The position numbers and the translations under genes are program-made. From Phoronis australis (lineage: Eukaryota > Animalia > Phoronida), in the NCBI GenBank assembly GCA_002633005.1, contig NMRA01000413.1:113251-177250 (forward strand): 64,000 nucleotides of DNA. The letters are read 5' to 3'. Below are positions 1 to 14,500 of the stretch, in pieces. The notes beneath the pieces are model-generated. The model was not told where the DNA came from. It did not search any database and was given only the letters and a program-made list of their open reading frames with translations. How positions within the stretch are numbered: the stretch's first letter is position 1; each line of letters starts with the position of its first letter.

Positions 1-1496
1 AGGTTCAATATATCAGAATAACCCTCAGCTTTTGGTGGTAAGGGAAGGAGATGAAATTTCAAGAAATGGAAAATACTTCCATAAGATACGTCGGGCTGGA
101 GAACAGATCTACCCCTGAGGTTGATATCTTCGTCCATATTTTTATACACACATTACCAACTGAAAGTAGGTCAATTCAACCACTATCTGGTTTTATGATC
201 TACACCAGGAGAAAGACAGTTTTAATACATTTTCAATTCTGGGTAACTTCAACTGAGCAATCCCTCATCTAGCCCTCAAGATGGATAGGCTGTGGAGAAG
301 AAAAACAAGACTTCAAAGTTGCCCACTATAATGCCTATGGAGAAGGACTACCACATACAGCTCACATATAACAAGCACACAATCTTAAAACAAATGCAAT
401 GCCAAAATATGACTTCAGACAACAACATGTTCATCAATAAACAAAATGATTGTCAATTAGACATGCACAATAGAGTCAAAAATAAAATAATCAGAGTGTG
501 TCATGGTTACCACAACAATAATACTGAACAACCTAATCTAAGTAGCTAACAGTACAAACAAAGTTACTTCCAAACTAAACACAATCAAACTCAGCAGCTG
601 ATCTGTGCAAAGTGAGTGAGTAACAAGCAGGAAATGTCACCATGGTGATGACCACTCTCCAGACTTTGTTTTGCCATTTTGCCTTCAGTAGAAGCACGCT
701 GCTATCTCACTCAGTGCTGACTGCCAACAGTCAACAACAGGTTGTGTACAGACAGTCATTCCAGAGCACTTAGCTTGCATGCAGTTAGCCACCAAACTCG
801 ACAAATTAGTCCAAACCTTATCACGTACAACCAAGCTTGTTTAGCAGCAGTTTTCTATGTTAAAGGATGCATTAATAAAACGAGTAAGCATGCTCAATCA
901 AGAAACAAAAATTCAAACCATCTGTAGGTGGCGCTAGTGTAACAACTGTTTGATGAACAGAACTGTATGTATGCAGGTCACAGAGATTCATTACCTGACT
1001 TTACGGTTGCAGACTGCTTTTTGTCCTCGATTTGTTCAGTAACGGCCCATTTTCACACTGTTTTTGTTTGGTTAAGATTGAGCTTGCATCTATTGATTTT
1101 CACACAATATCAGATGCTAATTTACAATTGGTTCAAACGTCTCATCAAGTTGAGCTCAGACAAATCAGTAGAAAGAAGGGTAACACAATGATGCGATGAA
1201 TGTCAAAGCATCTAACATCAAACATCGGCAACAACAGGGGGCAGTACCAACGCTACCGTTTAATTGCCACTGTCCATCAGTGAATAAATGCTTTCAATGG
1301 CATGCCCAATGAGCAGTAAGATGCTTTAACAACATGGTATGTATGTTCAGGTAACACAACACAATGCTCTTGACTGGTAAATGATAACATGTTTGTACAG
1401 CGCTCAATGGCAGGGGATCTGTTTCTAAAACTTAAGATTTAAGACAGAAATTTGGTCATACACTCCCACTTTAGAATTATTGTTGAATAAACGCTT

Positions 1497-1666
1497 ACAC
1501 AGTAATAATGTGTGCATCACAGTCTATAACACACAGTAATAATGTGTGCATCACAGTCTATAACACACAGTAATAATGTGTGCATCACAGTCTATAACAC
1601 ACAGTAATAATGTGTGCATCACAGTCTATAACACACAGTAATAATGTGTGCATCACAGTCTATAAC
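1497..1666. repeat. 34-bp minisatellite, 5 near-identical copies
   Basis: Unit ACACAGTAATAATGTGTGCATCACAGTCTATAAC repeated head to tail. Confidence 0.95.
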
Positions 1667-2415
1667 TAATTTAGAGAAACTATCTCAGTAACTACCAGTA
1701 ATATTCTCAGACTTTCACTTTTGCTCAAGTGAGATTTAATTATTTTTTATAAATTGTTGTGTGGAGTCTAGCACCAAATTTCTGTCCATTAAATTAAACA
1801 CAAATCAAAAGGGCTGAAATAACTGTCCTTGCTTCATATGCTACCCAAAATAATAGCTTTCTTAAAAAAAAACTGGTGAAGTATCTATCCCCCTACAGAA
1901 GATAATTCCTTAAGAAATGGCAAAATATTGTTGATTCATTATAATAACTGTCGTCTTGGTTAAGTAATTCTTAGATTGACACATATATAAAGCAAATACG
2001 CTAAATAAGAGAATGATAAGCCAATAAAATAACAGCAAACTCCATTGCACATAAAAATTTAGGACTCAAAAATTAAACTTTAAAATAAATCTTTCATACA
2101 ATAACTTAATAACTGAAATAAAGTGCAATAATGCCAAAATAAGTTTTAATAAATTAAAGCTAACATTTGGTACAAAGTTCTTTTAACATACAGCCATTAA
2201 TGCGAGGGGATTGTGGAGATTGATATTTAAACCACCAAATATTCCAAATATCAGAGTATAAAAGCTACATCATTTTCTCTGTGACAGAACACGGTTACAG
2301 TTATAATAATTCTCTCAAGTTCTAGACAGAGCTTCACCACACTGAGTACACTGTGGCTTTATGTGCTCCCCTCTTTTCTATCTGCTTGTCATTATGCACA
2401 GTGTCACGTCCACGA

Positions 2416-2511
2416 TCATAGACCAAGACCTTCCCTCTCTGACAACACGTACAGCATGGTGGAACAGCCCATCTCAGGACGACGATCTACAGCCTTCACT
2501 AAATCAGGAAC
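2416..2511 (-). CDS. Naam: nicotinamidase terminal exon 8 (VPDLVKAVDRRPEMGCSTMLYVLSEREGLGL*)
   Basis: acaacag| acceptor, DRRPE motif of animal nicotinamidases, TGA at 2416-2418. Confidence 0.88.
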   Translation of the reverse strand, partial: VPDLVKAVDRRPEMGCSTMLYVLSEREGLGL

Positions 2512-5500
2512 CTGTTGTATAATAAGCACAAGCATAATTCGTATTCACGTTCAAAACTAGAATGTGTTGTAACTACTGCTGGGCTGCATAAAACTTTAAA
2601 AAGTTTTTCCATTGGATAGAAATTTTGCTTGTTGCATGGTCATTTTGCGAATAGGGAAAACCGAAACGTGCATCTCCTAGAGTATAGAATTGTGGGATAT
2701 GAATCATCCAATCGTAATTCAAAGAAGTGCCATGAAGGTGATCATTGCTCAGTAAGCAGGTAGTTAATGTTGGACAGATGCCAATCGGTTCCTCATGTAT
2801 TTGATAACTGAACTTCCCAGTGGTTGAAATACTATTAAAATGAAGTGATATCTACTGATCGTTTGTCTGCATCTTCTGACAGTGCTGCATAAGATAAGCA
2901 ATATCGCACTGCCCGTAAAAAGGTCAAATGTTCGACAGCAGTAACAAAATGCAAAGTGATTGTTATACTGCATAAATCTTTCATGCATCTGCGGTCTGAG
3001 CACACCATAGGCATTGCAAAACGTAAGTAGGATCTGATTTTCATCTGAATGACTGTAAGCTTTAACAACTTAAAAAATAAGGTCTATGCCCCCTCCCACG
3101 ACCACAAAGTGCGTGCATTACTCAAAAATTATTAAGAATGTGACAAAAAATGTCAATTGTAAAAATGAATGGGACAATGAAAACTTGAAAGCTTAAATAT
3201 TGAGTGAGGTTACCAACTAAATTACGCAGCTTAGAGGATTGATTGGTCAATAATCAATTACACTCACAGGGGCACCAGATATTGAGAAACAGTTTGATGC
3301 CCATTATTCAGAGAAGAAAACTGGTACTCGAGATGTGGAACTATTTACTAACAGAAGATTGAGTGTACAGTGAGGAGAAATGAGCAAATAAGTAGTAAAC
3401 AAAGTTTTTGTTTGGTTTCTATTCCTTCTTAAAAGTACATGTTAGTAGTTGCTTTCCCTTTTTACAGTGCTTTACTAGATATGGAAAATATAATAGAATT
3501 AATTTTAAACTTGTCAGAACAAAAACCAAATCAATGAAATACTTCTATTTTGAAATTAAAGCATGTCCACAGATTTGAAGAGTTATTCTCATCATACCAT
3601 TCGCACATCAAGTCACCATGAAAACGTATCTATCTAAGTCCCACCTCATTGGAATGTACGACCAGTCCACCCTTCATTTCCACAGCACTCTTTGTCTTTG
3701 ATATAGTGTCATCAATGATTCCTCTACAAGCATCATCAATGAGAACAGTACGGAAGCCTTCTTCTAGTGAGTCTATGGATGTTGACGCTGGAAACAACAG
3801 TTGGACAATGAACTTTTCTCCACCAGATGGCACCAATGATGGAGACGTCATTTAACTAGACCATTTACCACTATAAATTTGGTCTCAACTTATTCCTTAC
3901 TGAGATGAAAAGTCATTTTTGGTCTTGTAAACAACTAACAGTTCATTATTGCTTGAGACCATGCTCAGTGAATAAAATAACACGACGTGACAAGACAACT
4001 TGTAGAGCCTGGCCTCAACCAATAGTGAGCTGTCAGTTCTTTCCAAGACTAGAAATAAAACCTGTTTTGATTGAGACCAATTTCAGAAAGGTAAGCAGTC
4101 TAAATAAAAAAGTGGTTTCTAGTTGGCCAACGTGGAGTGATATTGTATCAGCTAAAGTCTTGAAACATATTTTTGCATAGCCATTAATTTTGTGCCGTAG
4201 TCCTTACTTGAACACATGATACAGCAAAATAAATGAAATTTTAATTTTATAGTGTTAAGAAGCATTAATTGTGGGACAGAAATATGCAAATAAAAACAAC
4301 AAGAGCAATGTGGAGCATTGAAATACGCCCATGGCTGCAACGCAAACAGTGTGCGTCTAGTGGTGATTTTTAGCATCACGAAAATCGTCATATGATGGCG
4401 TAGAATATGTTGAATCCATCCGAAATTGGAAGGGCGCTGTTATCTTCATAACAGAAACTTCTTTCACAATTTTATGAAAAAAGCATCAAAGAATTCTGAA
4501 GATATACAGGGAAAGGTAAAAAATGCCACTAGGGGGCACATCGGTAGCCAGAGGCGTCCAAACAGTCATTGGCAGCCATTGTCATTCCTATAGGAAAACA
4601 CCTAGAAACGTTCACAAACATCTTGCGAAGGAATCAGGAGTTACAGCCATGGTCACAAAAATACAAAGTAACCTCTAGAGGACACCACAGGTGTCAAACC
4701 CATCTGAAAATCAACGTCAGTCATGGTGTTCTCATCAGGAACACAACTGCTACAATCCACAATGATCCTTTGATCAGTTTGGTGGATAAAGAGGTAGATG
4801 CTAAAAAACACAAAGAAATAAAATATAATGTCCACTAGATGGCGCAGAGTATGATCAATGCGTCTGAAATGGAAAGGCATGGTTGACTCCTTAATAGAAA
4901 CCTATTTTCAAAATTTCACAAAAATACATCAATGAACTAAAGATAGAGGCAAACTAAATTGTCACTAGGGGGTACAGCTGTAGTCAGATTGATCTGAAAC
5001 ACATAATCATCTTTTACAAACTCCATTGGAACATATCTGCCAAATTTCACAAAGATCCTCCAAAGAGTTATGCAGAAACAGCCCTGGGCACAAAAGACAA
5101 AATTGTCACTAGGGGTTGCTAGAGCAGTCAGACTCATCCGAAAATTGGTGTCAGTCATGGTTTTCTCATTAGGAATACATCTGCCAATTTTCATAATGAT
5201 CCTCTCAGTGGCTTGGCAGATATAGAGACAGACGTCAAACAGGAACTAAAATTTTTTTAAATTGCCACCAGGTGGTGCAAAATACATCAAATCCCTCAAA
5301 CAGAGGCAAATGCAAAAAAACTAACATCACCACTAGGGGGTAGAGCGATAATCGGTAAACTCATCATCTGTCATCAGCTTCATACGAACACATCTGCCAA
5401 ATTTCATTATGATACTGCAAGGAGTTTAGATACAGTCGCGGATACCCGATGCCCAGACAGAGACGACAGCAATATGCACCCACACATAAACATCTGGGAA

Positions 5501-8500
5501 CATAAAAATGGCAAGGTCAGCAATAACTTTCATTCAAAATTGAAAAAAATTAAATACTTGATGTACTACTTATAATATCACTTTAAATTTCAATTCCACA
5601 ACAAACTAAAAACTCTTGAGTTGACCTACCTACGCAGACATCGTAAGCAATGCCACATACATAGACATCGGTAACGTTGCGTTTACTGAGTTCGCTCGAG
5701 AGCTTGGTTTGCGACAGTTTATTGTTGTCCCAGAATGCCGAGTAGCTATCGATGTTTGGATTAGTACCTTTGTTGATGAAAAGTGCACCCGGAACAATCT
5801 GAGGGTTAAGAAGCAGATGACATGCTGTCAGAGGGGAGCATACATTAGTTTGGAACAAGGGAATGGTGGAAATTGTCACTCACCAACGCCCATTCAGCAC
5901 ATGCTCAAACTCATCACTATCAGTTATGCAGGACCCTAGAAAAATGTCATCTTTTGAAAGATAATTCACGATAACTATGTACTAAACATAATAAGCAGGG
6001 GAGGGCAAGGCTTGCTATTAGTTGACGTCGTGATCAACTGAAAAAAAATAAAATAAACACAATATTTATTGGTTTTACCAAAAAGTCAAGTAAAATTGTC
6101 TACAATAATTGTTTTTTATCAAGTCAGAGTGTAGACAAACATCATTATTGAAGTTCAAAAAATAAAGAGAATTAACAAAACAAGTAGTAGCCGACAAAAA
6201 TATTTTAGCACTTTTTGTACCTTCGGAGAATATGAGCCGGATTGGGAAACGAGCATGTTTTCTACAATTGTCTAGTGAAAATGGTGACAACTGTACGTGT
6301 TTTCTAACCAATGGTGAGCATGATAAATCAGCTGTAGATTTGTCAAAAATAATACCAACATTATGTTTTGAACATGTGCCCAACTATCATGACATCTTCT
6401 ACCTGTTGTTTGATAGGTATGTTCAAGTAAGATAGTAACATTGACTACTAAGGCTTCGCTGTGAGGTCAACCCACTCAGATTAATTCAGGTGAGTTCATC
6501 TACTGTGCAAATGCATTGTAGGACAGCTGTCAGATTGAGATAGTAAATACCGCGTGACATCACAGACAACTTGGAGACATGCAATCACATTCATAATGTG
6601 CATTTTAGGTGACTTCAGCATGATCTGTGCATGCCTAAAAAATCTTTAGCGAAGAGCAAAAGATTTGCTGATCAATGCTCTAATTCGATACATTTTTGAA
6701 GCCACTTTCAATATTTAAATTTTCATGATTGTTGCTAAGTTGTATGAGCACCAAAGAGCATGTTGCAGTTGACCCGTGATTTTCATTTCTCATACAAGTG
6801 ACACGTGTTGGTTTGCACGTGACCATATTATCTGTGATGTCACCTGATGTTTACGAGCCAACAACCATCCCACAATGCACTTGTCTAGCAAAATGACAGG
6901 GGCATTGGATGAAATCCCCCAAATTGGCAACACTGCTTTTCGTTGGGAGAACAAAAAAACAAAAGTTAAAACCCCACACACACAACATTGAAAACCAATG
7001 TTTTGTTTCAGCCTCTGGTCTGGAACCCATCCCTTCGTCTTGTTTTTTAATGCAGTGAGTGAGTTGACGTTCCTAATTACAATGGATCACTGACTGCTTC
7101 CATGGGAACGTTCATCTCCACTACAGTGATTTATTCCAGCTAAAATTTGTGCTGATTGTTTCACTTAATTAGCACTGTGTGGGGCTTTAAAGTTAACACA
7201 AAATACATTTCACACCCAGAAGCTTTTGATACAGAGAGGAAGCGACACCGAAAGACAACAACAAATACTTTACAGGTTTCACTGTAACGTCCATATACAA
7301 GAGAAGCTGGGTAAACTAACTACAACTAGATCATAACAAGTAAAATGCAGTTCAAATTCTTAAGTCAGTGGTTAATGAAAAACGCAGTCAAGACAATCAA
7401 CAGAAACTTATAGCATGTTTGCTAACATTGACCAACATTGACCGATACATGATATAAGGAAGTTACCTTTAAATCTTTGTGAAGTTCAGCTCCATCAGTA
7501 TTCTGTACACAGTGAGCTGGCCACAACTGCTGCAGCACTGGAGGGTCACCCTCAAATATGACAGTGTCATTGAGTTTGGCATCTTCTGATGACACCTGGT
7601 GGATTGTATAATAAATGCATTGTGACAAAAAGCCACTTTACTGCAAGCAGTTAACTGAAGGTAGAACTAGAAAACTAATTTTCAAGTAAATATTTCAGTT
7701 TACAGTAACATTATTCTGTTCATCACCTGACTCGGGGCTCATTTACCAATGTTTCTAATCACAGTATTTACAACACCTGACTCGGGGCTCATTTACCAAT
7801 GTTTCAGTTCACAGTATTCTGTTCATCACTTGACTCGGGGCTCATTTACCAAATATGTCACCAGAACTAGACTCAAAGGCAATAAACTCATACATAAAGC
7901 TTTTTCATAATAAATTACATCAAAATTTAAGAAAAAAAACTCTGAAATAGTTGGTTATGGAAGAAAACTTAAAGCGTCTATAAATCCATGTTTCTTCCAC
8001 CCAAGAATTGAACCGTTGAATATGATTTAGGTCACTTTCGACTTGTTCCTTACTCAGACAAGAAGTGACTAGGTTTGTAAAGACTTGACAGCATATTTTC
8101 CTTAAGACCATGTCTGGCACATTGAATGTCAATCTTGAAGAGTGTGGTCTCAAGCAAATACCAACTGTCAGTTCTTTTGTAGCCCTGAGATCACATCCAG
8201 TTTGACCAAGGAACAATTAAAGACTGATTTCATAAGTGGCCTAAAGTGAAAAATGTTTTTGTAATTGAAGACTGGGTTTAAAGCTACATTTGTGCTGCAG
8301 CAGATTTAATAGTTTTTTTTTTAAATTTCTTATGACTTAAAAGTTTCTTTGTCTCGACATGTTTAACACTGAGTGATATTTAACAATTCCAAATGTCATT
8401 AGGCAAACTAAAACTATCATAAGTGTGCTAAATTAAAACATGTAATGAAAACAAATAAAATGTCAGGCCCAACATGCTTCACAAAAACTGAAAACAGCAC

Positions 8501-11500
8501 TAACATCTAGGTGTCTGACTGTCTAAACAGCAATAACATCTAGGTGTCAGACTGTCTAAACAGCAATAACATCTAGGTGTCTGACTGTCTAAACAGCACT
8601 AACACCTAGATGTCTGACTGTCTAAACAGCAATAACATCTAGGTGTCTGACTGTCTAAACAGCAATGACGTCTAGGTGTCTGACTGTCTAAACAGCAATA
8701 ATATCTAGATGTTTGACTGTCTAAACAGCCCTAACATCTAGGTGTCTGACTTTCTAGGGGTGTCAAATTGCCAATGGAACAAATAGTAACACATTGTGCA
8801 GGCATCACAAAACAGTTCTCAGTAACCCACACAAGAATCCCATTTTGGAACAAAGCTGTCCAAAAAATAAGAACTATTTCTAGATTTCTTTGCACCTCTT
8901 AGACAAACATTAGGCAAAAGGCCAATAGTTGACTGCAACACTACTTTCTCTCCAGTTTGTCCATTTATATAGTTGTCCTCCCAACTACCGACTTACACCA
9001 AATCTTGCCAATATCAGTGCTTCGTTAGTACCAGAAGGAATACAGTTAATACAAAAACAGATTTCAATTAGATTTAATTGCATGTTTGTCCTCATGTGAA
9101 GCCAAGCGCATTCTCAGGCATTCTCAAAAGTAGTCATTTTTGGGAACAGTGATGTGGTTAAAATTGGTTGTTTTGGGGTGAGAACTTTTCAAATGACCAT
9201 CCCAAAAGAAACCTCAAGAGACTAAAATTTCATAACACAAAACTGTATCTCACTGCACACTTACACAAAACAATAGAAAACATACAATATTTGTCTAGGC
9301 TAATGCCTACCTTTGGCAAAATGACCAACTTCAAGTTTTCAAACAGAACGTTTCACTTCAAAATGCCAAATCTAAAATATTATGGATATAACAATACTAC
9401 GCCTTAGTGAGACATTCCGAGTATACTAAATAATTCCACAATTTCGTGCTTGTTATCTAAATTATACGCCACTTTAATAAAATCAGAACTTTCGACCTTT
9501 CTTTAGCAGCATTCATGTTTCTGTGAACGCCCTTTTGCAAGAAATCTCAGCTCACACAGTAGATGCATTTTGCTTTTTGTCCAAGAATAAAAAACAAGAA
9601 ATTGTGAGTGAAATACTCAAAAATAACTATCAAGGGTTTTAATTTGATAGATTAAATAACTGTTCACTCTCGACTTCATTGAAGAATTTGGATTTCAAAC
9701 GCTAGTACATAGACTCTCTGAATTGAGATAGTTGGGACATTAACTTGAACAAAATAGTTTATCAAATCTTAAGTTGGAAAAAAGAAACAGGTAATATGAA
9801 TTCACTACCAGGTACAGAAAAAAAACAAGGTTCAGTCAAGTGTTGCCTATAAAATCTGACCAGTGTAAAGCTACACAATCTTATCTCAGGGGTACTTGAA
9901 AATAACTTTGATGAAGTGTGTTGCTTAAAAATTAGGATACCCATGATGAAACCCCATCCTTTTACAGAGAAAGCACTCATTTGCAGGAAGCTTCTAAGAC
10001 ACACTCATTTGTAGTGAGCTTCTATGAATCACTCATTTGCAGAGCATTCTTCCAACACAATCCATTTGTAGGGATTCTAAACCCTATACAACATTTGGAC
10101 TGAATTCTTTTTAACATAACAAACCTCAATAAAAAATTGAAACCCTTCTGCTGCAAAAACCACTTGTAGATTTTCAACCTAAAAGTGAACTTTTCTTTGG
10201 GAATTTAATCAGAAAATGTGACTGTAACATCACAAACTATTGCAGCTACAATGTCACAAATTGTGACAATTTGTGGCCTTACAAGGCAACCTCTAATAGG
10301 AAATCTAGCTCTGAAAAAAAACAACCATATGAGTGGCATGTCCCCGTATGTCTCCTTCGCAAGTGCACCCTTCCCCATGGGTTTTATTCAGGCACAGTGA
10401 GAATCACCAGTGACATTTCAGTCAGACTACACTGAGTAAATGAGAAAGAAATTTACCATATTTTGCAAGCCACAACTGTGCACAGCAAAACAGAACAATT
10501 AACCTTACACCAAACACGAACTAAACTTGCAGTCACACTACATACGTCATATACATGAATAACACCTCACTGATATATCCGGTGTTAAGGGTAGGAAGGA
10601 AAAGTTATGAAATGTACAATTAATAAGCAATCATGCAATGCATTTATTATGTTTCACCAACTTTTCACAAAGAATTGAATGATCACACCTTCAGAAACAA
10701 ACCAACAAAATTGACTGTCGCCAACTTTTAAGAATTTGCAGTTAAACATATGAGAAACTCATTATAATGCTCAACACACTTGAGACTATACATAATGTGG
10801 CTGTTTTCAACAGAGTCGTTTTTAACAAGAAAAGCAAGATCATAATTATATATCTTTGTGAAATGTCATCATACAATCAAAGACAGGCATCTCATCACAA
10901 TAGCTATACATGCGAGCACCTAGTGCTTATGAAATGCACTCATTATTCAGGCAAAGACAATCATTTACTTGGAGTTTTGGAAAGTGTGAGTAAGGCTGCT
11001 CAACTGTCACGAGGCAAGTCTGGAACTACGTACACTTGCAAGCTGTGACGTGTTGCGATAAAGGTAGCCCTGTAGCCAAGTGAATTCAATATTTAAACTG
11101 CTACTTTCCAATTCTGCCATTATGCAGTTCCTCTCAGAGATGCCTCTAGTTAATATTGTCCATACTTATTAGATTTGCATAAGAAATGTTCTGCAGTTTG
11201 TATGAAAAAATACAAATTATTCAGCTTGAAATTTACTAGCTAAGCATCAGTTTTGACCCCCTCCCCCCACATCATCAACAGGCACATGATCGCATCGCAA
11301 AAATTCTCAGATATTGGGCCAATCTACAGTATGCTACATGTGGAAAATATTTTGTATGTTCAGTTTCAGATAACCCCGCCATGCCCATCTGCAACTTTAG
11401 AACAGAGCAAAAAGACCAATAATTTATTCTCAAAACTGCAACGAAATATTAGACTTGTGGCACAGAATGAACGTGCGTGACTATGGTCTTAGTAAGCATC

Positions 11501-14500
11501 ACATCCAACAACAAGACTACAGAGTCCACTCCTAGGATGTTATATCACAATCTGAAAGCGCGATATAAAGCATACATCTGCAATTTTGAAAATAAACACA
11601 GAAGCAAAACATGGCAGTGGTGTAGCTTGGGGGGGTCAGTCCTGGGTGACACCGTGACAGAGTTGGTGCATCGATGGGAAGGGATGCAAAAATGACACAA
11701 AGAAAGATGAGATTCGGAATTAAGGGGGATGACGTAATTTGTTACCTACATCAGACAGAAGTACAAAAACACAAATGTGTGACACAATTTATTCCCATAA
11801 TTTGAAAAACTTGTATCCCAAGTATCTACGCCTTGCCTCACCTTTGACGACGGATGCATTTTACGTAGCTTCACATTTTCAAAGAAAGATATGTGATTCT
11901 GGGGGTGCCAGTCGCGTGTGTAGAAGACACAGTCAAACGGCGCAGAGTCCAAAAGCCAGTTGATGACAGGCACCACCTCTGCACCATCTTGACCAGCTGG
12001 ACAGTTACGGATGGACAGAGAGCCATCTATGAAGTCATTCTGTACGTCGACAACAAGGAGTGCTGTCACTGGGTCCATCACCTGAGCCAAGATAGGGTCA
12101 TCATTCAATACACTTTTAAGTACAAGTAGCCGGTGAATGCAGAATGCAGTGCTGGCCAAACTGAAGCTACTAACGAATACCTATGAGGTTCTGTTTACTT
12201 TCACCCTCCCCTCTCCTTCAGACGAGTAGGTAGCTAAGATTCATCATATTTACGCTCTGTGACGTATCTGTAATCTATGAAAGACAATCTACAAAACCGT
12301 GGTGCATTGCTATCAAACTTTGCTGCTAAATTACGATCATTTTACACAAAACTGTGCTGAAATCCCAGGGCGAAAACTCGCCGACTGCCTGCCTTGCAAT
12401 CAACAATATGGCGACTTGAATGCTTGAATAAAAATACAGTTTCGACTCAAGCACATTACCTGAAATCCTCCTTAAGTTTTCCAAGTAGCGTCCCTAAGAT
12501 TTTTAAGTTTCCGTGGAGTCGGGATCACGGCAGGTTTAAGTACAAATCTGTGTTACATCGTGCCATCTATAGGTACGATTGGCAACATGAGAAAAATGTC
12601 TGGACGAACACAAGCTTTTTTAAGCAGATACCGTCCTTTGGCCAGAGCCACGCAATCTAACGAGCTAGATGTGCATTGTATCTAAAGAAATTTGCACAAG
12701 CAGTAGGCCTAAACCAGAGATGTTTCATTCAGTGCTTGCCTGTCTCACGTGCTAAAAACGTTCAACATTTGTCTCGGTAAGGCCATATTAGTCGCCGTGT
12801 GGCTGGATGTGAACCATTAGTCGCCGTGTGGCTGGATGCGTACGTGACTATCTGACAGCTATTTTTCGGTATAAGGGTGTGTAAGCATTCACTGTCAGTG
12901 GTCATTTTATCGGATATTTGGCTTAAAAACACCAATTATGGTTAATCAAACAATTCATCTTAAAAATAATGCAAACAGTCGGAAATTAGTGCCAATATTC
13001 ATTTCTTGCCAATGCTATGCTACCCGTTTCATGAACGGATAGTTCCCGACTAATGCCTTTGATGACAGGTTCATGTATGTAGCGCGCGCTTCCTGGCCAC
13101 GTGCTTTTAACACTGGCCAAGCTTTTTATTAGTCTTCGATTCGCGGTTTTCACGTGTAGGCCTACAAAGAAATTTGGATTCCAGTTGAAAGCGGGAAATA
13201 TCTACAAAGCAATCCCGTACACAAGTACACTACTTCAGTTCTGAAAGGCCGACCATTGGTCCTCGCAATATCAGCAGAACTTTTGTGTTCGTTTTGAGGC
13301 ATGGCAGAAGTTTGAAGTAAATAGTCACGGCTAAATACCAACATAACGGCAAGGCTCGTGGTCTACAAACTCTGCGCACAATGATTTTTTCAGGACTGTC
13401 GGATATTATTGACAAATTGAAGACGTTACTGTACAATTTTAGGACTGTAGGTAAGGCATTTTTCGCAAGTACACGTTCATGGACTGGGTGCTTATTTTAG
13501 CAAAGTCTGAAAACGCGTGGGGGTGGGGGCGCTTATAGTGGCATGGGTGGTTATTATGGAAAATACGGTAAGCTCATTTTACCACCGCTTTTCTGAGCGT
13601 CACTGGCTTCCTTTTTACATAGTGGAAGTGAAAGAGCTAAAATATGAGTTGGAATAAAGTGTATGAGGTCACATGTAGCACTTTTGAGGTGAAATGACAC
13701 ACAGCTTCTCATGTTGTTCAAAGAATTTTCAACGGCAGTGAAAAAAGGAGGTTAGTGTGCACTGCCACCTAGTGAGAACTATAGATTGATAATGTGAGCA
13801 CTGCCACCTAGTGAAAACTGTAGAGTGGTAATGTGTGCACTGCCAGGTAAAACCTAGTGTCAGAGAACTTCAACTGTACAATGCTCTCTTATCTAGTGAA
13901 TTGTCAGTGTCAATCACTGAATGCCATGGGCTCTTGGCTCATATAAAGAACCAGAACAAGGTCTAGCTTTCAAACAAAACATAAACTAAACCATCTGGCT
14001 TTAGATGGACTGGAGCAGCATGGAGTTCTATGTTACAAACAGATAATAATAATGATAATAATTATAATAATAAAATAATAACAATATTAAAAATAAACAT
14101 AATAGTTATCTTTTACAAGAACATGATAAAACACTGTCAAATTTTACCAAGTCACTATTAAATGTATTGGCAGCGTCTTCCTGGTATTATGCACAAAAAA
14201 ATCACACAAAACAGGTCGCTGACCAAATGAAAAGACTGACCTGTTTCAGCCACTTTGACCAGCAAAGTTCAAATTCAACTGCATCGATACGTCCATCCTG
14301 AAATATGCAAAGTAACCCCATTAACAAATATGCAAAGTAACCCCACTAAAAAGATTGTGAAGTAAACCTGCTTAAGTAATATGCAAAGTACCCTCACTTA
14401 GAAATATGCAAAGTAACCCCACATTAAATATGCAAAGTAAGCCCACATTAAATATGCAAAATAACTCCACTTAAGAATATGCAAATTCCAGAAAAAAATG

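Noticed and set aside
7700-7852. Repeat-spacer-like pattern resembling a mini CRISPR array
   Set aside because: The linkers are related to each other (gtttc..tcacagtatt), so it is a tandem repeat; eukaryotic intron, no cas genes.
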